DNA from: Oopsacas minuta
Taxonomy: Eukaryota > Animalia > Porifera
NCBI GenBank assembly: GCA_024704765.1
Contig: JAKMXF010000318.1
Location: forward strand, 186,001 to 250,000
Reading direction: 5' to 3'
Length of the DNA stretch: 64,000 nucleotides
The notes beneath the pieces are model-generated. The model had not been told where the DNA came from. It searched no databases and worked only from the letters and a program-made list of their open reading frames with translations. Made by a program: the position numbers and the translations under genes. Below, piece after piece: positions 40,699-53,150 of this stretch. Every line of letters begins with the position of its first letter. Position 1 is the stretch's first letter.

Positions 40699-41937
40699 AT
40701 GGCAGATGAGGTTTGTGATGACAGCTCAAGTACAGATGACGTTACAACTCCTCCAAAGAGTAATTCAGATTCGGAAGACAGTTCAGAATTCAATATATCA
40801 TTAGCTGGACAACACACGTATTTATCTGGTGATGTTCAAGAGCTATATGGTTGTACTGTATTACCAGAGACCGAGAAAATGAAGATCCCTATCTTGTTAT
40901 GCGAGTCTGTATTATTTCCATTGAAAACACTACCTCTATCGTTTGAAGGAAATGAAATAACATTCATAGAGAATCATTTAATAAAGTCTAATGCTATTGT
41001 GGTAGCAGCTGTTACAATGACGTCATCAAATCGTGTTGATATTGGCTGTACAGCTGAAATACATAATAAGTCTTATAACAGTATTGGTGAAGAGTTAACT
41101 ATAACAACTGTAGGGAGGCAGAGGGTCAAAATTGTATACGATTGGGGACCTAAACCCGCCCCTATATCATACAGGTTATGTATAGGACAGGTACAAGTAC
41201 TCCCTGATTATCTCCTCCAACCAATTCCACCTCAGATATTTAACTGTCCCGATACTCTGTTAAGAAGCGCGACTTGTGCTATGCAATTCGTTAAAGAAAA
41301 TAATTTAGATTTAAATAATAAAGAAACGAAAAACATATTAAAACCCTACACCAAGTTTAAAAGATATGAGACAATGATTGCATTCAAAAGATGGACATTA
41401 AGATTATTTGAAGAAGATGAGCTAATGCAACAAGCAAAAAGTCTGTTCATTGAGAAACTAGGCCAATTACCTTGTGAAATGACTAACGACTTCACTGATT
41501 TTACTTACAAATTCGCTGGCAGTCTTCCATTCGCTAACAAAGTCCTATTAGATATCTTAAAGATAGATTCACCTCACCAGAGACTACGCTATATACTCAA
41601 ATGTCTATCTCACACAACAGAGCTACACTGTATACGCTGTGATTCTGTTATAACACATTCTAAACACATATTTAGTATGTCACAGGATGGACCACTTGCT
41701 AACTATATAAATCTGCATGGATTTGTTCATGATACATTAACTGTTAGTGAAGTCTTGAATACGCTCTATATAGGGTCACCAACTAGTGAGCACAGCTGGT
41801 TCCCAGGGTATAGATGGACTATGATGAACTGTGCACATTGCGGTACACACTTAGGATGGAAATTCCAAGCTTCAAAGCTTATACCGAAGATGTTTTACGG
41901 ATTAACGAGACGAGCTATGAAATGGGAAGTTCCATAG
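40699..41937 (+). CDS. CRBN: Cereblon
   Basis: Lon-N-like domain (VLFPLKTLPL, VGRQRVK); CULT domain CIRC...HGFVHDTLTV...EHSWFPGYRW...CAHCGTHLGWKF. Confidence 0.95.
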   Translation: MADEVCDDSSSTDDVTTPPKSNSDSEDSSEFNISLAGQHTYLSGDVQELYGCTVLPETEKMKIPILLCESVLFPLKTLPLSFEGNEITFIENHLIKSNAIVVAAVTMTSSNRVDIGCTAEIHNKSYNSIGEELTITTVGRQRVKIVYDWGPKPAPISYRLCIGQVQVLPDYLLQPIPPQIFNCPDTLLRSATCAMQFVKENNLDLNNKETKNILKPYTKFKRYETMIAFKRWTLRLFEEDELMQQAKSLFIEKLGQLPCEMTNDFTDFTYKFAGSLPFANKVLLDILKIDSPHQRLRYILKCLSHTTELHCIRCDSVITHSKHIFSMSQDGPLANYINLHGFVHDTLTVSEVLNTLYIGSPTSEHSWFPGYRWTMMNCAHCGTHLGWKFQASKLIPKMFYGLTRRAMKWEVP

Positions 41938-42453
41938 CTATATATTATATTAGCCCTTTCAATGTTGTGTATTCTATATTTGAACATTGGTTTATTACAT
42001 ATTTTTGCTAGTTTGCTCAATTTAATAAATTGGATCTATCGACCCCTGGAAATATTTGAATTTAATTAGTTCTGGTAGGATGTAGGATGTGATAGGGTGG
42101 AATAGTGAACTCGATAATTAACCAGAAAATACTTTTGTAACGATACTTCTATTATTGAATCTCAGGTACGATTTAGATTAGTGCTAGAATACTTATCAAA
42201 CTCACCAGCCATACAAGTAGTGCTAATAATTACTGATTTAGCTATAGTGCACAATATAGTTCCAAGCTGAACAAATACTAAATTTCGAATTGTTTACGTT
42301 TGCAGTTTATTATTCATTGTTGAAACATTTTACGTTCAAATCGACAAACCAAATAAATTTTGTGAAGTTTTGTTTGCATGTTTACAAAAATATAAAAATA
42401 GATTGGCATAATTTATTAATTAAAACATAATAATAGAGTACAAGAATAATGTG

Positions 42454-43749
42454 TTAGAATATTTGTAAGAGTGCATTTCTTTTGTTGAACACACAGACTG
42501 GATTATTTCCACTCCGCACAGCAATACCAGTAGGGAACACAAACTCAACCTCACCAGCACTCCCTCCTAGAGTATTTATGAGGTCTCCTTCAGGTGAGAA
42601 TATGTTGATAACACTCTTACTCGAATCTGTCATGGTTATAACTCCATTGCAACCTATGTCGAAAAAGCATGGATTGGTCAGTTGGCTAACTATACCACGA
42701 GTCAACATACTTCGCATAAAATCGCCACTAGCATTGAACACATGCAAACAAGCTATGTTACTGTCTAAAACAAGTATTTCTTTATTCTCGTTTGTTTTGA
42801 CATCCAATGGCCCATCAAGCAGTCCGTTACCAATAGTGCTGGAGTATTTAAGGTTTGTTGTTAGAGCTTGTAGCCTATTGTTACCATAATCACATACGTA
42901 TACTATGTTATTTGATCCAACTGTTATACCGTATGGTGAGCTAAATTTAGTTTTGTCGTTACCCTTTCCGCCTATCTTCTTCAACAACTTCCCTTCACTG
43001 GTGAAATGATGAACTGTATGTGTGCTTACAATTGTTACGAATAATGAATTCTGATGGAAAGCCATGCCATATGGTTTGTCATGTTTGTGTATGTGATCAG
43101 TAAAGTTTGAAATGTATTCTCCATCATAGTTGTAAACTTGTATTCTGCTATTACCGTAATCAGCTATGTAAATCATACTCGTAGAATCGTCAACCGCTAT
43201 CCCCCTTGGGTTATTGAGCTCTCCAGGTTTATTGCCTTTACTGCATACAGTTACACAGGGCTTTGGTTGTGAAGATGGAATTGATAAAGGAGCCAATAGG
43301 TTTTCACAGGACGAGTTGAAATAGTTCATAGAATCTTTCCCATTATCTCGTTCTAATACAGACACGTCTATCCTGATTTGTTCTAGGATATGCGCTAATG
43401 AATTGAAAATGTATTCTTTGCATGAATACTTTATTTCAAATTCTATAGTTTTATTCAATTCCTGAATTTTCGCATTTACGTCAGTCAGCTGTCTATCTTT
43501 AAACTCCATCAGGTGATTGACTTTAAGAGAATCATCAATCTGCTGTTTTAGCTTTAAGAGATCAGCCAATGCATTTTGAGCGGGGATAGAAATTATTTTA
43601 TAATCTACTTCCAGCTCATCGAGTTGTTGTAATAAATAATTTCTCTTCTTTTCTACCTCCTCTATTAGTCTATTGAAAGATTCTGTGATCAAATCTCGTG
43701 TATAATTCAACTGGTTATTAAAATTCAAGTTCTCAGTTTTTTCTGCCAT
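42454..43749 (-). CDS. Coiled-coil + NHL-repeat protein (TRIM-NHL-like; no RING/B-box seen)
   Basis: N-terminal heptads; NHL repeats GELNNPRGIAVD...IYIADYGNSRIQV, FSSPYGITV...YVCDYGNNRLQ, FVFPTGIAV. Confidence 0.85.
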   Translation of the reverse strand: MAEKTENLNFNNQLNYTRDLITESFNRLIEEVEKKRNYLLQQLDELEVDYKIISIPAQNALADLLKLKQQIDDSLKVNHLMEFKDRQLTDVNAKIQELNKTIEFEIKYSCKEYIFNSLAHILEQIRIDVSVLERDNGKDSMNYFNSSCENLLAPLSIPSSQPKPCVTVCSKGNKPGELNNPRGIAVDDSTSMIYIADYGNSRIQVYNYDGEYISNFTDHIHKHDKPYGMAFHQNSLFVTIVSTHTVHHFTSEGKLLKKIGGKGNDKTKFSSPYGITVGSNNIVYVCDYGNNRLQALTTNLKYSSTIGNGLLDGPLDVKTNENKEILVLDSNIACLHVFNASGDFMRSMLTRGIVSQLTNPCFFDIGCNGVITMTDSSKSVINIFSPEGDLINTLGGSAGEVEFVFPTGIAVRSGNNPVCVFNKRNALLQIF

Positions 43750-43849
43750 CTCTTCAGTCTAGGTCTTTAGTATAGTTTGTTTAATTTCTAAGCACTGTTG
43801 TGTTCTATTTATACTCATTATCCTCTAAACTGAGACAGATAAGTTATGT

Positions 43850-43920
43850 AAAATATTGTTATACAATGATCAGTGATGTTGGAGTTTCTAAAAATAAATA
43901 TATCTTCTATACAAGTTTCT
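43850..43920 (-). pseudogene. Possible LINE (CR1/L2-type) endonuclease relic
   Basis: Minus frame TCIEDIFIFRNSNITDHCITIF resembles the EN C-terminal TxIDxIF...SDH motif; short match only. Confidence 0.3.
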
Positions 43921-44224
43921 AAACTTAAAACCCAAAATCAGTTTACGTTCTTGTACTAACTCTGATAGAATAAATATATTAATCCTGACGAATATCATAT
44001 TCTGGATATTGTCAGCTTTTCCAATTTTCACTTTCATAGATCAAACCCTATATGAAATGATATATTTCTGCAGTTTGGCTGCGATCTCCAAACTTGGACT
44101 ACATTCATGAAACAACATAATTTTGGTTGTATTAATGGCACGCTACATATATTATCCAATCTAAACCAGATTTCTAACACAACTAACATTAACTCTAACT
44201 CAGCTAATATATCTCCTTATATGT

Positions 44225-45034
44225 CTAAGTAATAGGTTTATCTTTAAGTCCTTTAGTCTTATCGGCTTGCTTTTCTACTTCAATCAGAGCATCGTGCTCT
44301 TCAATTAAAATCTTCAGCTCCTCTTTATCCATCATCTTAACCTTTGTAACCGGTTCCTCATCTCCTACAGCATCAGATCGCTGGAGTGTAGCAATTTCTA
44401 CTGTATCTACACTGAGCTTTGCTGCGTCTATTGTTTTGCTAAGAACTTTAATAGCTAAAGCTTTAGCTTCTTGTAAAGTGGGCAGCTGGTCTTCTTTATA
44501 CTCCTGTCTAAGCTGTGACATAGCTTGCTGTTGATTCTTACCGATACATGTAGCTTTCCATCCGCTATAATTTCCACTAGGATCAGATTGATACAGCTGG
44601 TATTTGTAGTGCTTATCCCATCCCATGTAAAGTATTGAAACACCAAACGGTCTGAGACCACCGAATTGTGTGTAGCGTTGTTTTACGTCAGCAAGAGACT
44701 GTACTAGTTGTTCTACTGGGATTGGCTCACCGTACTTTATAATGTGTTTCTGCGCTGTTGTGCGTAGGTACTCAGTGAGTACATTGGCATCCCCGGTTAT
44801 ACCAGCTACACTACATGCTACGTGTTTATCCAACCGGTATATTTTCTCTGAGAAACCGGCTTCGTCAAGGAGTGGTGTTACAAGTCTGTATTCAGCTGCT
44901 AGAAGGATACCATCACTGGCTAACAGACCGAGACAGTTACCAGCATGGTTAATAGCCTCCATAGCATACTCTACTTGATAGAGTCTGCCTTCTGGACTGA
45001 ATATGGTGGTCTTTGTGTCGTATTGACGTGCCAT
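44225..45034 (-). CDS. PSMA4: Proteasome subunit alpha type-4 (alpha3)
   Basis: [28 protein letters not shown]...[23 protein letters not shown]...[17 protein letters not shown]. Confidence 0.97.
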   Translation of the reverse strand: MARQYDTKTTIFSPEGRLYQVEYAMEAINHAGNCLGLLASDGILLAAEYRLVTPLLDEAGFSEKIYRLDKHVACSVAGITGDANVLTEYLRTTAQKHIIKYGEPIPVEQLVQSLADVKQRYTQFGGLRPFGVSILYMGWDKHYKYQLYQSDPSGNYSGWKATCIGKNQQQAMSQLRQEYKEDQLPTLQEAKALAIKVLSKTIDAAKLSVDTVEIATLQRSDAVGDEEPVTKVKMMDKEELKILIEEHDALIEVEKQADKTKGLKDKPIT

Positions 45035-45187
45035 AGCTAATTAGTATATAAACGAACAGGTGTAAAAACCGCGGTCGTTAAATCCGAAGTTTACTGTAGA
45101 AGAAGTAAATATGTCAGTTAAAAAGAGAAACTTACAAATGTAATAAGATAATTATTAAACTAAGTTAATAGGATTGCAGCAAATACA

Positions 45188-46330
45188 TCACAATTTATCC
45201 CACCTCCAAATAGTACTATCATCACATGCGACTATTAACACCTTTGCATCTGGACTCAAGCATACCTGTCGTACAGCGGAATTACATGCAGGGTGTGATA
45301 AACGCTCTGCTCGCGGTTTTTTAGCAACTCTAAGACTGTATAGAAACACGTTACCTATCTGGTTGCCGGCAACTAGAATATTAAAATCCATATCCATACT
45401 GAATCGTATATACCATATTGTACTATTCGGGACTGTATATGTGTAGAGAATTAATGCTTTTTGCTCTGTAATTATTGAGCCTTTCTTGAAAATGTCAGGT
45501 TTCCAACACACTATAACATTTTCACATGATTTAGATAAAACCAGTTCTCCAATCCATCGTACGCAATCTACATAATTCGTGTGTATATCACGTGTAGAGA
45601 ATTTAGCTGAATACACATTGAGTGTATTGAAAGACTTAACTTTATCAATAGGACTATGTGAATAGGATCTGGCATGAATAGCCTCGCTTAGCGTTTCTTC
45701 CTCCAAGTCCCATATTTTAACAGCATGATCCATACCACAAGACAGTAACAAGCTCCCGTCATGATTAATATCAACACCTAACACTTCGTCTCTATGTCCA
45801 TCCATGCCAGCTAATATCGCTACACACACAACAGTGGCAATATTCCAAATACGAATAGAATGATCTTTGCTAGCAGAAAAGAGTATCTCAGGTTTAGAAG
45901 TATGAAACTTAAGATCATTAATAGAATCACCATGTCCTAATAGAGATCTATACGGTTTACCATTAGTAACATTCAGTATATGAATACAAGCTTTAGCCCC
46001 AGCAATAGCTAATAGAGACTCGTATTCAGATGTATATGTCCAAACACAGGAATAGAAATTTTCGTCTGAATTAGGATCCACGTATACTTGTATTGGAGTT
46101 ATACTCCCTACCTCTGTACAGTCATATATTGACGCTCGGTTACTGCCGACACTAGCTAGTATCTTCTGGTTATCTTTACCAAAGTGATTATTGAATTGGA
46201 CACAGTATATTGGCTTTTTATGATCCTCTTTGATGTATTTAGTGTATTTAAACTTAGGAAGAGCGAAAGAACTGGATGTCACGTCCTCCAGTTCGAAATC
46301 AGATGCAGAACTTGTTGGTAAAGAATCCAT
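45188..46330 (-). CDS. EED: Polycomb protein EED/ESC (WD40)
   Basis: KEDHKKPIYCVQFN, DENFYSCVW, GHRDEVL, DIHTNYVDCVRW, CENVIVCWKP, IWYIRF. Confidence 0.95.
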   Translation of the reverse strand: MDSLPTSSASDFELEDVTSSSFALPKFKYTKYIKEDHKKPIYCVQFNNHFGKDNQKILASVGSNRASIYDCTEVGSITPIQVYVDPNSDENFYSCVWTYTSEYESLLAIAGAKACIHILNVTNGKPYRSLLGHGDSINDLKFHTSKPEILFSASKDHSIRIWNIATVVCVAILAGMDGHRDEVLGVDINHDGSLLLSCGMDHAVKIWDLEEETLSEAIHARSYSHSPIDKVKSFNTLNVYSAKFSTRDIHTNYVDCVRWIGELVLSKSCENVIVCWKPDIFKKGSIITEQKALILYTYTVPNSTIWYIRFSMDMDFNILVAGNQIGNVFLYSLRVAKKPRAERLSHPACNSAVRQVCLSPDAKVLIVACDDSTIWRWDKL

Positions 46331-46564
46331 ACAGACAGTTATATGATGCCTAAGAATGATTACTCAATTACTAGAATTTGATTGAGAATGTCATGTATTT
46401 GTACTATCAATAAATTTCTATGTATTTTTTAACTAAGGATTCCCGAAAAAAGACTCAGAAAATTATGAAAAGTGAACAGAACTAGGATCAGTGACGTACG
46501 CATTACTAATCCGCCAGTGCTCCACTGGATTTCAAAATTCGGTCTGCAGTTTATGGGAGAAACA

Positions 46565-46579
46565 GGTTGAGAACCACTG
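46565..46579. mobile_element. Solitary hAT-like terminal repeat
   Basis: ggttgagaaccactg is the reverse complement of CAGTGGTTCTCAACC, a common hAT/Charlie end; the partner end is not convincing. Confidence 0.3.
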
Positions 46580-46731
46580 CATTACCCTATCCGATCCTCT
46601 ACCCGTATATTTCCATATGCTTATTGGTTGTATCCACGTATAACTATCAAAAATATTTACTAATACACACACAAGAGTATACACATATATTATTAATACA
46701 CGTAGTTAAATTAATAACCCATGAGTAGGCA

Positions 46732-47508
46732 TCATATTTGTGCATAAGAAGCACTTCTCTTTGAGAGATTATCTCTCGCGCATTGGCAAATAGGAGCTCC
46801 TACTAGATAAAACCCGTCTAAGAAAAGGAGAGGAGTTTCCTTCCAAAACACGAAATTCGGGATTGCTTCGGTACCTTTCGCTCCTTTAATTTGCCAATTA
46901 ACAATGGCACCGATTATAAAGTATAGTCCAAAAGCTGTTAGACCTAACAGAACTAATATCAACAGAACAGGGACAGTTGCTGAAGCTTCTCTGTATCCAG
47001 GGCATCCATATTTTGTGTGTAACGCAAATTCAGCATGTCTATTATACACACCCAGTAATGATAGAGTCGCTACTGTTGATTCATCGCATCTAACATTTAC
47101 AGTAGTATTACGATCTGAATCTCCAAATCTATACAGTATCTCTATCTGTAGAGGGTATGGATTAGATACTGAGAACTCTGCTGTGTACTGCCTGCCCCAA
47201 TTGTAATAGATATGTATACCCTCTGCAACGGAGAGGTCTTGACAGATAACTACGTCATTTTCTTTATTACAAGTACTTGTATCATCTCCGTAATCTCTTG
47301 GGTTACACATAAACAGGTGAAACTCAGAGTTCTCTCCTGCAGCTACCATTTTTGTGTACATTAACGGACTCAGGTCTACTACCTCACCATTTGAGAGTTT
47401 ACAAGAACAAGAATTTATTTTGTCGCATGTAAGATACCCTTGTGTAGTGAATATGTTATGTGATAAAGTGAAAATAATAAACAACAATTTTCTAGACAAA
47501 TTCGCCAT
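46732..47508 (-). CDS. Cation-dependent mannose-6-phosphate receptor / ATG27-like protein
   Basis: SP, Cys-rich MRH-like domain, TM, then GAKGTEAIPNFVFWKETPLLFLDG (family motif). Confidence 0.85.
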   Translation of the reverse strand: MANLSRKLLFIIFTLSHNIFTTQGYLTCDKINSCSCKLSNGEVVDLSPLMYTKMVAAGENSEFHLFMCNPRDYGDDTSTCNKENDVVICQDLSVAEGIHIYYNWGRQYTAEFSVSNPYPLQIEILYRFGDSDRNTTVNVRCDESTVATLSLLGVYNRHAEFALHTKYGCPGYREASATVPVLLILVLLGLTAFGLYFIIGAIVNWQIKGAKGTEAIPNFVFWKETPLLFLDGFYLVGAPICQCARDNLSKRSASYAQI

Positions 47509-48274
47509 TAGTTTCGTAATATAAAATAAACATAACAGACGTATTTGTAGTAAAAGAGAATATTCGAGTGACTAACTGTTAGGAGAACGAATTAAGGGAA
47601 ACCTACATTCAACGATTCATATGCTCATACCATAAGCCCTTACAAAACGATACATGAAGCATCTTAAATACATAATGAAGACAAGCTAATAAATCCCTTT
47701 CTTTCTCTGATATTGACTCTTATTGGTAAGAAGCATGCTATGAGCTTCTAATATCGAACATATGCTCATAACTTATATGGCATACAACATTTGAGGAGAG
47801 AAGCAGTCTTGTGATTGATTAGGAAGCATATCAATGGTATTAGGCATAATCAGTTTAGGTAGAGACACACGTAGAGATAAAACTAAGTGCTTCACTCCCA
47901 ATTATATATATAGTGAAGGTGTATACATATATGAAAATACAAATATTTTCACCTCGGGTAAACTGAGTTTCTTAACCGATGTATTAAGTCTATAGAGGGT
48001 CCACACATCCATGGTTCGAAAGGTTCATAACACAAAATAATTTATTAAATAAACTCACTTTGTTTTTGTGAAATATTCCAAGAAATATCAGTTCAATCCA
48101 AGAATATAACTGATTGAGAACGAATATAGACTCCCTTATTAATTCATCACAAGAATTAGCTGTGTGAGGAGAGCTACGTAAAAGAGAGAAGTATCATACA
48201 ATAATACAATACTCATAGTATGATTAGAAAATATGAGTGATTATGCCATAATAAGTATAATTATTCGCTTAAAT

Positions 48275-49879
48275 CTATTCAAATTTGATTCCTTGTGCTA
48301 ATGGTAGCTCATCACTATAATTGATAGTACAAGTTGATCTCCTCATATACTGCTTCCAAGAATCTGATCCTGCTTCTCTACCCCATCCCGTCGCTTTGTT
48401 ACCACCAAAAGCTCCTCCTATCTCAGCTCCACTCGTTGGAATGTTAACATTAACTATTCCACAGTCAGAGCCATGTGGTCCTAACCATTTAAACAATTTA
48501 CCAACATCCTTGGTGAATAAGGACGACGTTAATCCTTGGTCCACTTCATTATTCCAGGATATAGCTTCATCAAGAGAAGAGAACTTACTCACATATGTGA
48601 TTGGTACGAATGTCTCCTTACATACAATTGGAGCATCATGCGCTATTCCAGTTATAAGGGTAGGCTCTACGAAGTTACCAGGACGGTTTATTCTCTTTCC
48701 ACCATAAGAAACCATCCCTCCTTGTTCAACAGCCTGTTGTACAGCTGATTCATACTCCCCTACAGCTCTATCGCTATGTAAAGGACCGTATAATACGCCG
48801 TCCTCAAGAGGATCACCAATAGGAACCTGTTGGTAAGCTTTTACTAAGCGTTCTACCATTTCATCGTGAATAGATTCGTGTAGCATTACTCGTCTTGTAG
48901 TTGTACAGCGCTGTCCTGCTGTACCAACACAAGCAAATAACATAGAGCGTAGTGCCATTTCTAAGTCAGCATCTTCATTAACAATCAGAGCATTGTTCCC
49001 ACCTAGCTCAAGCACATGTCTACCAAATCTGGCCTGCACCGTGGTACCAACTTGTCTTCCCACCTCGGTACTACCTGTAAAGGAAACCAGATCGATACGT
49101 CTATCTTTGACCATCTCCTGTCCGATATCAGCTCCCCCAGAAACCAGTGAGCATATGCTAGCTGGGTATCCATTAGCTTCAAGAACAGATTGAATTATGC
49201 GTGTGATAGCAATAGAAACGAGTGGAGCTGTTGGAGCACCTTTCAGTATTGTACAGTTACCACAGACCAGGGATAGCGTATGATTCCAACCAAATACTGC
49301 AGCTGGGAAATTGAATGCAGTTATTATACCGACTATACCGAGAGGATTCCAGTTCTCTATCAACATGTGTCCTGGACGTTCTGATGGCATGACACTACCT
49401 CCTAACATTCTACTGAGACCAACAGCAAAATCACACATATCAATATACTCCTGTATTTCTCCTATACCCTCCAGCAGAATCTTACCTACCTCCAAGCTCA
49501 AGAGTTTTCCTAGGTCTGTAAGATTCTCACGGAGTGCTTCTCCAACTTGTCGCACAACTTCACCTCTCTTGGGCCCGGGGATCAAACACCACTGTTTCCA
49601 AGCTTCTTTTGATTTCTCAACAGTCTCACTGAAATCCTGAACACTTCCAAAGGTTACTTGAGCAATTGGTTCGTTAGAAGTTGGAGAATATGACGTCACC
49701 TTCTCGCCTCTCCCTCCCCACGTACCATTGAACACACCCGGGTTACTAGCCTCTATTCCAAGACGTTGTAAAAATGCATAATTGCTATTGTCTACCAGGT
49801 ATTTGGAAAACCTGCGGAGGTTAGACTGTTGGAAGTTATTGTGTTGGATTCTGAGTGTTGAGGTAAGGATGCGGAACAT
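48275..49879 (-). CDS. ALDH7A1: Alpha-aminoadipic semialdehyde dehydrogenase (antiquitin)
   Basis: Mitochondrial-type leader; [54 protein letters not shown]. Confidence 0.97.
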   Translation of the reverse strand: MFRILTSTLRIQHNNFQQSNLRRFSKYLVDNSNYAFLQRLGIEASNPGVFNGTWGGRGEKVTSYSPTSNEPIAQVTFGSVQDFSETVEKSKEAWKQWCLIPGPKRGEVVRQVGEALRENLTDLGKLLSLEVGKILLEGIGEIQEYIDMCDFAVGLSRMLGGSVMPSERPGHMLIENWNPLGIVGIITAFNFPAAVFGWNHTLSLVCGNCTILKGAPTAPLVSIAITRIIQSVLEANGYPASICSLVSGGADIGQEMVKDRRIDLVSFTGSTEVGRQVGTTVQARFGRHVLELGGNNALIVNEDADLEMALRSMLFACVGTAGQRCTTTRRVMLHESIHDEMVERLVKAYQQVPIGDPLEDGVLYGPLHSDRAVGEYESAVQQAVEQGGMVSYGGKRINRPGNFVEPTLITGIAHDAPIVCKETFVPITYVSKFSSLDEAISWNNEVDQGLTSSLFTKDVGKLFKWLGPHGSDCGIVNVNIPTSGAEIGGAFGGNKATGWGREAGSDSWKQYMRRSTCTINYSDELPLAQGIKFE

Positions 49880-50599
49880 AACTAATAAGTTACAAACAAA
49901 TTCATTTAATATAAATACAGTCGGTTATCTCTTAAGGATGAGGAGTAATCATGGTCCCTCACTACCTAATAGATGGAAAGACAAGTTGTGGAATGTTAGT
50001 ATGATGTGAAATAATATTGTTCATTTATTATCCGTAGTTCATCAGTTTATTATTACAATATTGAAATGATTATTTGAGTTGTGTGGGCTTATAGTTATGG
50101 TTATGGTGGGATGTAGAGTGCATTGAGCACCACAATTTTTACGGGTTACAGGCGGACATGATAATACATGACTAATAAATGAAATGTTTATTACTGGAGT
50201 AAATATAGTACCGTGATCGTGAGTCAATGCATATCCCAATTATCCCATGAGTTAATGATGTTGCAATAATGTATGTGAACGATATTTCATTGATCAGTGG
50301 TTGGGGATAAGTTATTTGTGTGATAAACACGGTTCAACGGACAAATATCAATTTCTTGCTTTCAAAAGCCAATTTGAATATTTATTAACCAAATTGAACG
50401 CGGGAATATTTTTGTGACATCATATATATATATATTGCCTTGTTTCTAAGGTAAAGACAATTCCGTAAAATTATACTCTATAAAGAAGCTGGCTATCCAC
50501 TAGCTGTAGATACTTCACATGCTTCAGTAACGAGAAGGCTTCATAGTCTCTGACTGACTGCTCGATTCGACACGTTTGATCCAAGCCATACACTCTATT

Positions 50600-50760
50600 A
50601 CCTATACTGCTGTACATACTATACTCAGACTGTTTTCACTGAGGATTTTGGGTTATATGATAATTACCTGAAGCATATAATAGTAATTGGTGACTTCAAG
50701 GCTACACACATGCAATTCTATAGCTATCACTTGTCAAACTATGTTATGATGTGTAGGATA
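50600..50760 (+). pseudogene. Possible LINE endonuclease relic
   Basis: Frame KHIIVIGDFKATH resembles the APE/EEP motif IIxGDFNA; flanking frames are interrupted by stops. Confidence 0.3.
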
Positions 50761-50941
50761 TACTTTTCAATATTTGTTACAATTCGATAATTTTAGTGTA
50801 GGATAATTAACTTTTTTGATGACTTTTTCATTGATTTGTAGTATGGATAATATTAATATTTATATTTATGCTTGCTTGATACCTCAACTAGACTAAACAA
50901 ATATTATATACTATCACCACATAACTATTAGGTTAATTTGG

Positions 50942-51319
50942 ATGTTGTTTAACGGAATTGTTTTGTCTTCAATAGCTGGAGGATTTGCTGCATTAGCTGC
51001 AGTCTTCTCAAAAATTGCTTTTGACTCTGGGCGGAGTGACCAGGAGTGGGATTATATAGTCAAAATCTGTTTAATTGCTATGGTTATTATTTGTAACGTA
51101 TTTATGTGGTTGCTATTTGTACGCAGTCTCCATTCAGCTCCTTCTGTCGTTATCGCAATGATTTTCAATACAACAACCAACTTCATTACAACTGGATTAC
51201 TTGGTCACTTTATCTTTCAAGAAGAAGTAAAGTTTACTTGGATTTTAGGAATATTTTCTATGATGGTAGGAATCATTTTCTTGAAGCTAGGTATCATCGA
51301 AAATAGAAATAGTATATAA
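50942..51319 (+). CDS. TMEM42: Transmembrane protein 42 (EamA-like)
   Basis: AGGFAALAAVFSKIAF...NVFMWLLFVRSL...TNFITTGLLGHFIFQE, matching TMEM42. Confidence 0.85.
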   Translation: MLFNGIVLSSIAGGFAALAAVFSKIAFDSGRSDQEWDYIVKICLIAMVIICNVFMWLLFVRSLHSAPSVVIAMIFNTTTNFITTGLLGHFIFQEEVKFTWILGIFSMMVGIIFLKLGIIENRNSI

Positions 51320-52758
51320 ATGTAAATTCATATATGGTGAATAATTATTTTTATTCAGAAATAATTATGAAAGTGTATGTCTAACAAAATTGAAATAATT
51401 TAAAGCAGAACTAAAAGGAACTAAAAGCATTTGATTGTATTTATTCGTAAACTTTCAATTTAACATTCATCAATTCTGTAATTCTGAGGTAATTATATAA
51501 TATTGAAATTGAAATTTCAACAATTCTAAGATTTTTTAAATAATTTTTTCCCAAAATACAATTATGTTTTTACCATTAAAATCAGCATTAATGTGCAAGT
51601 AGCAATAACATTGGCAATGATTTGTATACTTCCATAAATACACATGTTACATCGCGCTATAATGAGATAATATACGTAGGATTTACTAATTAATTAATTA
51701 TACAAATATTACCCTAAAATTGTTTAACAAGGCTAAATTATAAAATTGCTAGATTTCACTCATTTCCGTAAGAATGACAATATATGTAATGAGCATCTTA
51801 ACCGCCAAAACAACTTAACCTCATTACCAACTCTTGATAAGATTCTATTGTAATTTCATTGACCTTATGCTGTTACACGTTCTGAGAAGGTTTAATACAC
51901 TTGGTTTCTTTATCTATCGTTAGCTTCTATTTGCATTATTTAATAAGAATTATTCCATAAGAGTGATAACATTTTGGCTGTTCGTTATTATATCCATTAT
52001 AGATATTGCTTGAGTATTTAATCAAATATTTATTATGATTATTTCAAATCTTGGGGGAATAATTGCGACTAATCACTTGCTATATTTTTGCCATTGAATG
52101 TTTGAGATGATCAGACACAAGCCGCGCTTTTACCGTCAGTAGTGCTTAGATTAAACTGAATCCTTATATCTCTTAATATCACATCAATTTCACTCTAAAG
52201 CTTCGATAAATTGTCAGCTTTACGGACGGCTACACGAATGGAAACATGTATTATGAGATACCTTATATTTTGATAAGAATAAGCTCCTAATTTCACCATT
52301 CTATTCTGAATTAGGGAAGCATTGTAATGAAGATATTCATATTCGACGAACCACAATAGGAGTTTATGTGTAATTTTATGGTTTAAAGTACATGCTTTGG
52401 AGTTTTGGAAATAACAATAGTTAAATTCAACAATTGGATACCAATAAAGCTGAATAAAATCCTATTGTTAAGTAGAATAGTGTGTATTGTCTTTTCACAC
52501 ATGATAAGATCTTCATGTTTATCAATATATACCTGCGTATTTTGTTATAACAGCTATTTATATGTAGCGTGCGTTACATTAGTGTTGCATAATAATAATA
52601 CTCAGCAAAAATGCAAAATTGAATATTTTGTTATGAAAATAGTCGTCGCTAGTCTACCAGTATTACTTTCATTGCAATCACTAGATTGCTATTTCTACCG
52701 TGTTCGTAATATCTATTGTATATTAAAACTTATTGGGTACAGTTTGTCTTTGGGGATC

Positions 52759-52777
52759 AGATGTGTATAAGAGACAG
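52759..52777 (+). other. Tn5 mosaic end / Nextera adapter sequence (probable assembly contamination)
   Basis: Exact 19/19 match to AGATGTGTATAAGAGACAG. Confidence 0.93.
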
Positions 52778-53150
52778 TCTAGAATTTTACGTCATATTAT
52801 TTTCTTGAAATATTAATATTATCAATTCTAACCTTACCATCTGCTTAACATTATTATGTGTTGCTAAGTAAAATTACGGACTCATTAGTTCAAGTTTCAT
52901 CTGCCATTTGTATTATTTTATCAATTTATCTCAGTTGTTACTTATAACCTTCTAGCCACAAATTACATATTTCAAATTGAGCTGGAATTTGATCAAACAC
53001 TTACACTACTGAGATACCACTATACTGATTTGCACTTAGTAGTATTGCATTGTCTACTATTGCTCCACACGTATAAATACTGTGAGGTTAAGTTGTAATA
53101 TTAACTGACAATATATACAACGAACTAACCAATTAAATTACATAGCAAAA

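Noticed and set aside
47530-48270. Possible small spliced gene on the minus strand between M6PR-like and ALDH7A1
   Set aside because: Donor-like sites are present but I could not build a phase-consistent ORF or recognise a motif.
50042-50239. 65-aa minus ORF
   Set aside because: No recognisable motif; expected by chance.
52405-52770. 121-aa hydrophobic ORF
   Set aside because: TTG start, AT-driven composition, and its stop lies inside the adapter sequence.
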